Assembly (NCBI GenBank): GCA_009914755.4
Contig: CP068257.2
Location: 13,312,001 to 13,376,000 of the forward strand
From: the human T2T-CHM13v2.0 reference genome, Homo sapiens
DNA: 64,000 nucleotides
Reading direction: 5' to 3'
Positions 38,977 to 51,400 of this stretch are shown here, one piece after another. The position numbers were made by a program, and so were the translations under genes. Positions within the stretch are counted from its first letter, which is position 1, and the number at the start of each line of letters is the position of its first letter. Under the pieces are notes generated by a model. The model saw only the letters and a list, made by a program, of their open reading frames with translations. It was not told the DNA's origin and did no database searches.

Positions 38977-40849
38977 ATTACTGTACTCACTTCCTAACTG
39001 GCCCTCCTCCAACACATTTTCCACACTACAGCCAATGCTCTTTGTAAAAGGTAAATCTCTTGGCTAAAAACTCATAATAGTTTCTATTTCACTTAAGAAT
39101 AAAGTCTGAATTCCTTTCTGTGGTTTGGAAGGCTCTGCATCAACTGGCTCCAGTGCATCTGACCAACCTTATCTCGCATCATTTAGTCCTTTGCTCATTC
39201 ATTACGCTCCAGCCAGGCGATGTCCAACAGAAATGTAATGGGAGCCACCAATACAACTTTAAATTTTGTAGTAGCCACACTTTTTCAAAGTTGAAAAAAA
39301 GTAAAATTAATTTGAGTATATTTTATTTAACAAAACATACCATGGTATCAATATGAAATCACTATAAAATTCTTAAGATACTTCACATTCTTTTTGTAGT
39401 ACTAAGTCCTTCCTCCAAGTTGGTGTGTATTTTACACCTACAGACTACCTCCATTCCGGAAAGCTGCATGTGGCTTGTGGCTCGTAGCTTCTTCATTGGA
39501 CAGTACAGCTCTCTAGCTATACAGACTTCTCTGGATCCCAGAACACCAACAGTGCTCTCCGGTCTTTGGGCGTCTGTGTGAGTGGTTCTCTCTTTTGAGA
39601 AAGTTCTTTCTGGCTTTCTTATGGCTGCCTCCTTTGCCTCCTTCCCCAAACTCAGCTTAAATATCACCCGCTAAGATACGTCTTTCCCAATGACTTTAGG
39701 CAAACAGTCTCCCCATTTTATTCCCTAGCAGAGCACCTCGGAGATCACAGTTGTCTTAGGACTTCTCTCATTCTGTCATTTTTTGTGCTTGCTTTCCTTG
39801 CTTTTCAAATATTTGTTTATGTCCTGTTTTCCACCACTAGACTATAACTATTGCTCCATGAGAACAAGGACCACTTTTATTCTGTTCACCATGGGCACAT
39901 CTGAGATACCGAATTTTTGCTAAATATAATAAATGCACGTCATTACTCTTAGTTGCTCCCTGGCCACTTCTAACATAATATTCAGAAACAACTGGGAGCA
40001 TAATATACGCACAAGAAAACAATAAATAAATATATATAATTATTTAAATTATAAACCAAATAAAGATGCTTACATGATATAATTTTTGAAAAATCCTTAT
40101 TTTCAAGACACTTGTATAAAGATAAATAAATCACTTTATTAAAAATTATAAGTACTATCCAGTTAAAAAATAAAACTTCACTTAAACTCAAATCAAATCA
40201 TAAGGCATTTCGGATATTTCTCCCTTTCCTGCCTTCCTGAGAAAAGCACTGTGTTAACTGCTCTTCATTCGGCATTCAGACTTTTAAAGTCAGATCACCC
40301 CAGTCTCCTACAGATCTACAAAAAATCTCTAAATGCCAATAAATTTTTACAATTAAAGGGAGAAAAAAGGAAACTATGAGTGATATTTGAAGAAAGATAA
40401 AGGTTTAGTTAAGATTTAAACAAACTAAATTTTACCTTTTCTGCTCTTAACTCTCATTTTCCAAATCATTTATTGTAATTCTAAACTGAGATTCACAGCT
40501 CCTTCAGACATATTATACTTTTAAGTGGAAAGGTGATCACTGACAAGTATGCAGTTTTTGATACATATTTTAATAAATTCGGTACAAATAAAAATCACAT
40601 AACTGATCATGACAAAGAATATATACTTTGGGAGAGGAAAAAATATGACTAAAGTGACAGACCATTATCTAGGTTAAAAACTGAGAATAAATTAATAGGT
40701 AAAAAATAGACATAAATGGTTGGATACAGCTCCCATATTATGGTTACCTAGTCAAGTCGTCTGTTATTAACAGCAGGATAAAAAAATACGTCAGTAGAAG
40801 ACATGGTAATCTTACACGTAGACACACAAACCCACAAAAATAATCATTA

Positions 40850-40960
40850 TATATATCATTTATATTATCCTTGAATATATATGAAAAAATATATTTTTAT
40901 ATTTATATATATACACATAAATATATTTATATATACAATTTATATATAATTTGTATATAC
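40850..40960. repeat. AT-rich low-complexity / (TATA)-type simple repeat
   Basis: The sequence reads tatatatatgaaaaaatatatttttatatttatatatatacacataaatatatttatatatacaatttatatata. Confidence 0.8.
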
Positions 40961-41019
40961 TCCAGGTATTATACATTTGTCTTCTCATTTAATCCTCATA
41001 ACCTAAAGAGGAAGACACT

Positions 41020-41135
41020 AAAATAATCCCCATTTTGCAGATGGGGAAACTGTGGTGTAAAGAGGTGAAATAATTTGCTTGCACACTTTGCCCAACTGTT
41101 GAACTAAAGAACCAGGCCTGGAGATTTATTTTCCA
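41020..41135 (-). mobile_element. MIR SINE fragment, minus orientation
   Basis: The sequence ccccattttgcagatggggaaactgtggtgtaaagaggtgaaataatttgcttgcacactttgcccaactgttgaactaaagaaccaggcctggag is the reverse complement of the MIR core. Confidence 0.6.
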
Positions 41136-41739
41136 GTAATTGGAAGGAAAGGGTTAGAAACACTTTACCACCATCCCTATGACTTGTAAGCTTATAAACT
41201 TAATTTTGAGCATGAGACAGCCACGTCTCCAAACCACACTGCTACTGTCTAGCAGCTTCTCCAGTATCTCTGTGTTTGGTCAATTTGGCTTTCTGATCAT
41301 TTCTCTAGTTCCTTGTTCATTTCTCTACTGGAAATAAAACCAAGTCATGAGTAGCCCATGTGGTTGAAGGCCTGACCCACCTACAGCTAAGTCTGTCAGC
41401 ACCCTGAACTAGGCATGTGAATTTTGGATGGACCTTCTCAGTCTTTAACCTGAATATTTATCTGACATGTACCGCTGGGACCTATCTGCAAACCACAGCT
41501 CCAATCCCAGGAGTCTAATCTCTCCATGAACAATCTGAATTAGAATATTTCTTGAATTTCTTGAAAAGTCAGCATTTAATTATCACTGAAGGAGGCAAGC
41601 ATTGCCCCTTGGTGGTCCCCACATGGCAAGAGACTCAATTGGCTGCCTTCCTCTGCAAAGCCATGACTATATTATTAAAGAAAACACTGCCACAGATACC
41701 AAATGTCAACAGACTATATAACGTGTTTGTGATGTGCTA

Positions 41740-42163
41740 CAGTTGACCCTTGAACAACGCTGGCTTGCACCGTGTGGGTCCACTTATAAGCAAATTTTCT
41801 TCCATTTCTGCCAATCCTGAGACAGCAACACCAACTCCTTAGCCTACTTAATGTGAAGATGATGAGGATAAAACCTTTATTATGATCTACTTCCACTTAG
41901 CAAAGAGTGAATATATTTTCTCTTCCTTATAGTTTTCTTCAGACATCTTTCCTCTAGCTAACTTTATCATAAGAATACAGTATATAATACCTATAACATA
42001 TAAAATACATGTCAATCAACTGTTTTAATGTTATTGGTGAGGCTTCTGGTCAACAGTAGGCTATCAGTAGTTAAGTTTTGAGGGAGTCAAAAGTTATATG
42101 CAAATGTTTTAACTGCACAGTGGCTGGGACTCCTAATCCCCACATTGTCCAAGGGTCAACTGT
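41740..42163. mobile_element. pogo/Tigger-type non-autonomous DNA transposon (MER2-like MITE) with terminal inverted repeats
   Basis: It starts cagttgacccttgaacaacgctggcttgcaccgtgtgggtccacttataagc and ends ggactcctaatccccacattgtccaagggtcaactg. The termini are inverted copies, and the internal part (gtttaatgttattggtgaggcttctggtcaacagtaggctatcagtagttaagttttgagggagtcaaaagttatatgc) matches a known human MER family from memory. Confidence 0.6.
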
Positions 42164-42198
42164 ATTCACAAGTTTATTCCAGTGTGAACTCTCGTAGA

Positions 42199-42465
42199 AA
42201 GAGAGAGAGAGAGGCAGGCTCGTGCTCTGTTGTCCAGGCTGGAGTGCAGTAATTCAATCACAGCTCCCCATAACCTTGAACTCTTGGGCTCAAGCAATCC
42301 TCTCGCCTCAACCTCCCAAGTAGCTAGTTAATTTTTTAATTTTTAGTAGCGATAGGGTCTTACTATGGTGCCCAGACTGATCTTGAACTCCTGGGCTCAA
42401 GCAATCCTCCTACCTCGGCCTCCCAAACTGCTGGGCTTACAGGGGTGAACCACTATGCCTGGCCA
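42199..42465 (-). mobile_element. Alu SINE (older, diverged), minus orientation, preceded by a (GA)n tract
   Basis: It runs gagagagagagaggcaggctcgtgctctgttgtccaggctggagtgcagtaattcaatcacagctcc...cccaaactgctgggcttacaggggtgaaccactatgcctggcc. Confidence 0.9.
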
Positions 42466-45400
42466 CTGTAATTTTATGTAAAGTTTTCTTCTCAAATTTT
42501 AATACCTTTCTTCATAATACTAAATATGTTGTCACCCATTCTTGGCATGGAAGTCTACTGAGTCCACATCCATAGGGAGCAATTGAAAATTCTGTGTGTA
42601 TGAGTTTGCTTTGATTTATGTTCTATTTGGTTATAAACTTTACTGCAGCTACAGGAATAAAATTTGGCTAATATAAACGTAACAATTATTATTTCAGAAG
42701 CATAAAATTGAACAAAGAGTTGATACCAGGTTAAAAAAAAAATCACTTTTTTAAAAGCTAGATGATTTGTGTTTTAGCCCTGGCTCAGGTCCTAAGCAGT
42801 TTTATAACAGTGGCTAAGTAGGAACTTGCCTAAAGCCCAGTGTTCTCATCAGTTAAACGAACTCTTTATAATAATTCCTAAGGTTCCTACTGCTCAAGAA
42901 CTCCAGTCCAAGCCTAGCTAACACTGGATACCAAGTAACACTGCATGCTCATTTACTGAACTTAGGGAAGTATCACCCACATAAAGTTGTTCTCATGAAT
43001 GTCTTCCATTTCATGGCTTAAATTAATAGCCATAATAACATGTCAAATGTTTGTTTTCTCTATAGTTTAATGTACCTAGATATATCTGACTAAAATTAAC
43101 TGGTGATTTTCTTGGATGTTTAAAATAATTTGTTGATATTGGTTAATAAGCATAATGTACCTAAACTGACAAGATGAAACTCTAAGAATTAGATTTCACA
43201 GCTTAACAAAATTCAACAACACAGTAGATCTGCATATGAGGGGAAAGAATAGAGGCAATTTGAAGGGAAGAAGAACTCAAAGCACACATTTGGAAGAAGT
43301 ACACTTTAAGACTCAGTCATTTGAACTACTCTGACTGGAAAACAATTCCATAAACACCATTCAGAGAGATTCCTGTTTCTTCAATACCTAGAGTACTTTC
43401 AAAAGAGCAACTCATGTAAAAACTCACTACCATGAACACTGCACAGATTGAAACCACAAATAGCCAAGAGAGAAGAAAGGAATGTATCGGGGTGGGTGAG
43501 AGGGGAAGGTGGTTGAGGATTCCTTATTCATGTGTTCAACAAATGTTTATTAGGCAGTTATTATATGCCAGGTACAGTGTTAAGCACTGTGGATACTTTG
43601 GTAAACAAAATATAGTCCTTTCCTGTTAAAACAATCTTCCACTCCATCAAAAAATAAATAAATAAGAAAAAAAAAGGAAAATATCAATTTTCTCTACTTG
43701 GTAACCTATTTTAACTTCCCCATCTTACTTGGCTAATTATTAACCATGTGCATGCCATGTATTTCTTTTGAGAAAGTGAAAGATTCTAAAATCTTCAAAA
43801 TTTGTAAAGTAATTACAAAATCAAAAACTGTAAGTAAAAAGAGTTTAAAGAACATGTTTAATTCTGAAAAATAAAATATTCTGATTTTTAGTTCCATAGT
43901 TTACTTTTCCTCTACAATTTCTGATATGTTTTTTCAATAGAGAAAAACCCACAAAACTAGGTGTACAAAAATACAGTACAAATAATTTTGATGCCTATAT
44001 CCAATTGAAACAAAATTTAATAGTCTGAATTTTGTAAGGGAGTTCCAAAGTTCTTTGAAAACATCCCCTTTATAGACAATATGACCTCAAATAGTTCATT
44101 TTAATCAATGTTTTTATGTCACAGAGTGATATATTTATTATTAACAGGTGCTTAAAAATGCTTCTTCACTTGGTCATTTTCTATAAAAGTATCTGCAAGC
44201 CAGTCTAGACCAATGTCTATAGCTTGTGATTATACAGATCTCCGGAATGTCTTCAGGATGTATAATTACTACATACAGAACACTTATTCACACATTTAAA
44301 TGGAAGTGAAATGTAATCTAAAAAATGTAAAGCTATATACTAGTTTCAAGAATACAAAAGTAAACAATAGGAAACAACTTTCATTTCATCAGTGTATTAG
44401 TATGAGGTATTTTGCTTCCTCTCTCTCCTAAATCAAGTGTTCTGATTGTAATCGAAGGATCAGGATGGGGACAGAAGAGGGAAAAGGGCACCTGCAGTTC
44501 ACATGTGGCAAGAGGCTTGGACAAGAGGAATTTCTTTTCTCCCCTTGCAGTACAGATTTATACACAACCGAAAAAGTGCAGCTATGACCACATTTTAAGA
44601 ATGCCTAAAAATGCCCAGGAGTCTAATTCCTATCACAGATATTTTAATCACTTTATAAAATCTTAAAGCATTTATTCCTTTCATATTAAGTAACCTCAAA
44701 TAACCCAAATTGTACACTACAAGTCTCTATTTGAGTAACAATCACAGAATTAAAAAAAATTATAAGAAATATGCAATTTCCTTTTCTACAACCGAATAAA
44801 ACAGTATAATGTTTATGCAAATCAAGCTAGCAGAAGAATAAAGTAAACAACACATTTCTTAATTTCTTAATATAGTTCAAGGTGGTGTAGTGGCCACCTC
44901 TTTTCTTTTTTTCATGAAAATCTCTTTCCTTTGCACCATGTTATATAGGATCTTTAAGAATATAATGTACTGAAGATAATTTAAAATAATTTTCTAAACT
45001 ATGTCCATAACCACCTCCATGACTGCTCCCATCTGATGGTTAAAATCTTACAGTACTAGCTTGAATTTCATCTCTGCCTCACATGTTTCAAGCAGGGAAG
45101 CAGATTTAGTGCCTCAGAACACTTTACAGGGTTTCATTATCAATCAGGTTATGTTCCCGGTGACGCTTTCAGTAAAATTATCTTATTCAAATGAACTCTC
45201 TTGGACTGAAGTAAACAAAGCTGTAGCCCATTGCTCTCACATACTCTCCATTCATTTATTTCCTTTTTCTTTACTTAGACTTACAGCACGTGCCCTAGAA
45301 AGAGCGCATGTTGAATATTCCTGGAGTGTCACAATATGCAATACAATAAAACAGATTACGGCCCTACCTTTCTCTCACAGCAGTGGTGCCAAGCACAGGT

Positions 45401-48400
45401 ACACCGGAGTAATCAATTTGTTCTGCAGACCGTAAGGCTTTCATAGAATACTAATGTAAAATCTCTTTTCTTTCTCCTTTGCCTTGACTCCCTAATGCCC
45501 AGGTCCCGACCAATACAAGGAGGAGGGCGGTATGTCTTCTGCTGAGATAACCACAACTACTAATCAAGTATACGTGTACAAGGGCACAGGATTAAACCTC
45601 CACCAAGCTTGAGTCAGGGTTTGAGAGCAGCTAAACACATGCACAGCATGGTCAAAATTAAACACACACACACACACGCACCCACGCACACACACGTGCC
45701 ATGAAAATACAGATGTGTCTACTTCGGTGAACTAATTCATCACACTTTACCATGCCTCGTTTTTTTAATCTCAGGGGCATAAAATTACCTCCTGTTGAAC
45801 TGAGGACTTAGATTCAACAGTGCCCAACAATTGTTTTTCCAGAAACGAGAATCATGATCAGTCTTCTTTGTACTCAACTGTTAACCATTTTTAAAACTAG
45901 GCATTTTTCTTAATTGTACTATCCAGCGCAGTTTTACATGAATTTATCATTTCAGGTATTAACATAGGGTTAATAGACTCTGCATGGATTCTTCAGATTT
46001 TACACTTAAAAATATATTGTAATAGCTCAAGTCTACTTTACCAAGAAAAGTATGTGCATTACCAGTAATAAGACATACAAAAGATTTTCATGTATCTTGA
46101 AGTATTTACATTATGAATAATCCCAAGCTATTTGAAAAATATTTTCAGGTCTCAACAATTATTTAAAAAGCACCTTTAACACTTCATAATTATGGCATCA
46201 CGGTGGTATGGTTAATCTTATAAATCTAGAGTTCTGGTGTTCTTTTCAATTAGACATTTTCACTTGGCTTATTTTTCTTTTATTCAAAATATGAAAAGGT
46301 ATGCCAGTCATTGAGTAGGCGAATGACAGAAGTTGTTAAATATTTTTTAACAACATACATTGCCACATTTTAATTTGCCTGCCTTAATTTTCAAATAACT
46401 CTTGAAAAGTATTGATAGTTAAGGGGCTGCAAACTAGGCAAAAATTAAGAACAAAATACTCAAAATAACTGAAGAAACTTATTAGGAGGCATCCTAAGCC
46501 GTTCTGTTTTCATGTAAACAACTGCTTTAACACTGCTAAAATACATGTGTCTCATTTTGCACTTTTTCTATTTCTTAAAAAAAATCAGTAGGAACAATTA
46601 AGAAATACTAGGGACTCAATGAAGTATTGCAATAATGTTTAATCGATACTGATGCATTTGTCCTTGACACACTGACCATGTCATCAGGCTACTGTCATCT
46701 TATATCATGTCATTTCTCCACCTGGCTCATGACCTTGTCCTCTAAATGACCTAAAGCTTCCCTCAAGTAGCAGGAGGCCCCTCCCCGCTGTCTCAGCAAG
46801 GTCGAACGGGTCAGCGTGTCCTCATCTATAATCCACCACCATTTGTCAGCAGGGAGGCTGGAGGAGGCAGGCTTGCTACAAGGGGAGAATGCCCAATTAG
46901 GCAGCTGTCACACAAAGCATAGGCTGCAAAATTATCCCCTGTCAAAAGAAAGAGCAGCTGCGGGTGCCAATTACAGCAACCTTTCAACCCTTTAGGTACT
47001 GGAAACTACACAGAAGTAAATGAAGAACAATTAGTGATAACAAATCGATGAATTAGGACAGTAAATTAGAAATTACTAGCAGGTGAGCTTGGGTCATACA
47101 TGACATTTAGGGCACACCAGACTCCAGGCAAGGGCAGGATGCAATGAATCACACTAACCATTTCCTCACATATAGATTTCCCCTCCAATATTTTCTTTTT
47201 GCAAACCTGAGATCTTTAAAATACCCATACCTAAAAATATGTATCTTAATATACACACCTTTTCATTTCATGGACCCCCAAAATTGTTTCTCAATAGGAG
47301 AAAAATCCTTCAGAATAATAAGTCTAGTTCATTCTAACTTGTTTTCACACAGTCCAACATGTTATCCCCTCAAACAAATTTCTTAAGTGTCGCCCACAAA
47401 ATCCAAAATATCAGTTTAAATCATCACACTTAAAATATTGTACTTGTCCTGATTCTACTTCAGTCAAAAAGCAACTGGGTATAAATTCTGAGAAAACTGC
47501 TTTGCTAATATCATAATGTTGAAGGTAACTTTCTCTACACAATGTCATTTTGTGGATAAAAAAATAACTGCCATGTGTGCTTCTATACATAATACACATA
47601 AAGAAAATATCAACCACAAAATTACTCTCTTAGATTGTTCTGCTCCAATCCTGCAGAGGTGATATACATTAAGTCTCAAGCACAGAAAGCCAATGCACTT
47701 GGACTTTGTCCAACTAATTTATTTGGTAGTTAACATTCGCAGGCAGTGAAGGAGGAACATGGGGAAACAAGCCCCACCAAGGGGAGCAGATCCAATATGG
47801 CTACCGAGTGTTCATGGACATGGTTTCATTGTGCCTTAAAATGTCATGCATGTTCAGAAACAACTTTCTTAAAGTCCATTTTTAACTAAGATTAATTTTT
47901 TTTCCATAGAAAAAAGATGGTCTTCCTACATCAGTTCTTTGAAAGTTGAGAAACCTGAATGATACGTGCTGTTATTTCTAAAGAGGCAGGAGAAAATTGC
48001 TTAACTAGACTTCTAAATCACAAATGGATAAAAGTGAGGAAGAGAGAAGGTGAGGCAATAAAGAAGCACTTTACTCACCCACCTCCAACACATTATAAAT
48101 AAATCACAGTTGCCAGAGGGAAAAGTGTGTAACTCCTAGTTCCTAAGTCCAGCCATGTGATAATGTTTCTAGGAGATAGATGTCATGGGGAGAAAACTTC
48201 TCCATGAAAAGTTTATCTGAGAATTTGATTTATAAATTATATTTCATCATTTAAAAACTGGGCATTTATAAATTCTCTTAAGTTTAGAATGCAACCCTCT
48301 AAAGTCAGACATAAGGAATTCAAAGCAATGACAAATAGATAGGAATGAAGGAGTTAATGCCTTTAGAATTCAGCTTCCATCATACATGGGTGACTATCTC

Positions 48401-51400
48401 TTTAAATAATTTAAATCCTCTCCATCAACTACAAAGCTGTTTTGAAGCCATTTAGCTTTGTTCTTTACATGTGTTCTAATTAAGAGATGACCTTGTCATC
48501 ACACACACCAGAAATCCGGGATTATTTCCTACAGCAAAAATTCACAGAGCCCCCCAAAGAAGAAAAAGGGGGGTAAAAAAGTCTTCTTCCTCAGTTCCTC
48601 ACTAAAGGAAGTTGTTGGTTGGTTGAACGCTGAGGCAGTTTCACCGCATAATTTTTTTGTTGTTGTTGAATGTCACAGGGCGGGTTAGTGTGACCTTGAG
48701 CTGCATCAGCAGCACAGCAAGGGTCGAGATGCCTGCAGGCGCCCTTGTACTGGATTTGCAAGACAAAAACCTTCAAACTGGCTGAAGGACATCTTAAATC
48801 TCTTCAAAGGTTTTCCGAACTAATCTGGGCTGCTCTTAGCAGGATCTGTGCCAGTGTGAGAAGCAAAATTAAAAACAAGGTCTTTGACAGGATGTTGTCT
48901 CCTCTTAACCCTTCCCAAGCAGAATAGAACAAACCACCAGCATTCTGGAGAGAGGGTTTACCTAGAAGCATTCTTTTATAACAAATTATGTAAGCAGACA
49001 ATCACAAAGAATGGGGCAGTTATTAGTTCTCAAAAGTAAACAACCCTTCCATTGTGCTTATTAAAGAATTCAGGTCGAATTCTTTCTTGACTATATTTCA
49101 GTGTAGTGAATGTAAAACTTAAAGCTCTATTTGTATCTTTCAGATTTGTAGCACAGTCACAGGTTAAGACTAAAAAATATTTCCATCAATATTTATCTCT
49201 AGAATTTTCATTTTTAAAAAAAAATACATGGTTTTAGTTGGTTAAGTCACAAACTTCACGCATACTGCATATAGCTTACTAAAATTACAGGTAAGGAAAA
49301 TTACATTATAGCATGTTTACTAAATTTCTTATTCCCAACATGATGAATACATTCTTAAGACGGAAAAAAAAAATCATTAGAATAGTGAGTAACACAAGTA
49401 AAACAAGGTAAAGCAATCTCGGTCTTGTTATAAAAACATCAGCATGACATTTGATGTTTTAGCATTACCAGTGCATGGGCCAAAAGAGAAAGTATTAATG
49501 CCAGTAGAGGGTGTTTGATTCTTCCCTGGCAATGCTCTCAAAATTTAATTTAGTAGCTAAAGTAGGCAAATGTTTAAATCATTACTCTAGAACAACAAAA
49601 GGAAAAAGGTGAATAAAATAGTCCTGGCTTTCAAGAAATAAATAGTCTGGTGGAACAAACAGCTGTAATGCTTAAATCACAATATATGCTAAAATCAGTG
49701 TGTCTCCATCTATAACATGCTGGTTTGTCATCATCAGATATAAGGTATGTCATGATTAGTTCTAAAGAGTATTTAGTGTAAGTATTTAGTGTTAAGTACA
49801 GAATTTAATAAGGTCTAAGAGGTTGCAAATTATTCCCTTTTAAAAAAACAGACTAAATAAATTCAAGATAACTTGGGTGATAACCACACTTTCACTCACT
49901 TGGATTCAGGTATGTTTTCCTGAACAGGACAGGAAAAGGACAGAGTAATAACACCTAGTGAGTAAATAAGACCCGAGAGTGCACAGTGCCGGTGATTTTC
50001 TTCCTTAGTCTCTGTGCCAAAGGAGAGAGAGTATATACTGTGCTAAATGCAATGACTGAAATATGTAAAAAGTGCTCTAGGAACACAGATAGGCTGTAAC
50101 CAGGTTTTTAGTTCATATGTACACATGCAGGTGGTAGTCAGTGATGGTTAAAAAATGAGTAAGGGCTAGCCAGGCAGAAGAGAATGGCAGCCATTCTAGG
50201 GTCCAGAAATAGCACTCAAAGGCAAGGAAGAGCTGAGTGTGACACAGGAAGTGTGGTAGTCCAATGGGAGTGGAGATTAGGCTGGAAATGCAACTGGGAC
50301 CAAGGACTTTGAATCAAGGCCATGCCAAGAAGCTGGCCTTTATCTGGTGGGTTTCCTTACAAGCAATGGTATTATTAAAAGCATATTAGAAAAACAAAAC
50401 CAGAAGCTATGGGAGTTGTTGATAGCTTGGAGGGAAGAAGAAACTGTAGATCAGTTAGTGCACTGCCATGGTCAAAATAAGGCAAAGGCAGGAGAGTTGA
50501 AGAAAAAGACAGCTCTGGAAACAATGAAGGCTGCTTTGAATATTTAAAAACCAATTTGTTTAACATAAACAGTGCTATAAGATAGGGTGTTATTTCATAG
50601 CAACTTTATTGAATCAAAGATAAAAACGATAAAAATAATTACTATATCTCAAGCCTAGGTTTGATAAACACTGTGCTAAAAAAATGATTTCTACAAAGTT
50701 TCAAAAAAGTAGTAATTCTTACAGGGGTGCTTTAAAGAGGCAGAATCAGATCCTGTTTGAAGTCTGAATTTTGTACTTTGAACTATCAACCTTCATTAAG
50801 TATTAGGTAAGGGTTTTGCTAAGACAGTGACATGTACCTTTTCAGAACAGTGTGAGAGCGTATTTCCCTTGGCTATAAGACAGAGATGTCCGACTTAAAT
50901 TATAATGTGGTTCTTGGAGCTAAGAGTTCTATCCAACGCTAATGAGAAAAAAAATTAACTCAGCAAACATTTCTTGAGTCCCGACTACGTTTAGGACACA
51001 GAATTAAAAAATAAAAACTACCCAACATTCTATCAGCTTCATGTTTTTAGATGATCACTCATAATGATATCAAGTCCTCAAATTCCAGCTTGCATGACAT
51101 CATCACACAATAAAAACACTACGAGTAAAAACAGTATGAAGCTGTCAGTAAATCAAGTGTCGGAACTAGCAGCCATCTTGGTATTCCGATCCAGCTGAAA
51201 GGTACACAACGCATTCCCAGAACCCTCAGGGAAGACCCAGCACCAATGTAATTTGAAGAGCGTCGTCAGATACTCTAGAGACTGACTGTCCCGCTAAGAC
51301 CTCAGAAAGAATTTAACAGAGTATCAGCCAAGGTAAGAGAGTAGGGAGTAAAACAGAACAGGAGTCACCAGGGCCAAGTAAATATCTGCCAGAGAGCAGA

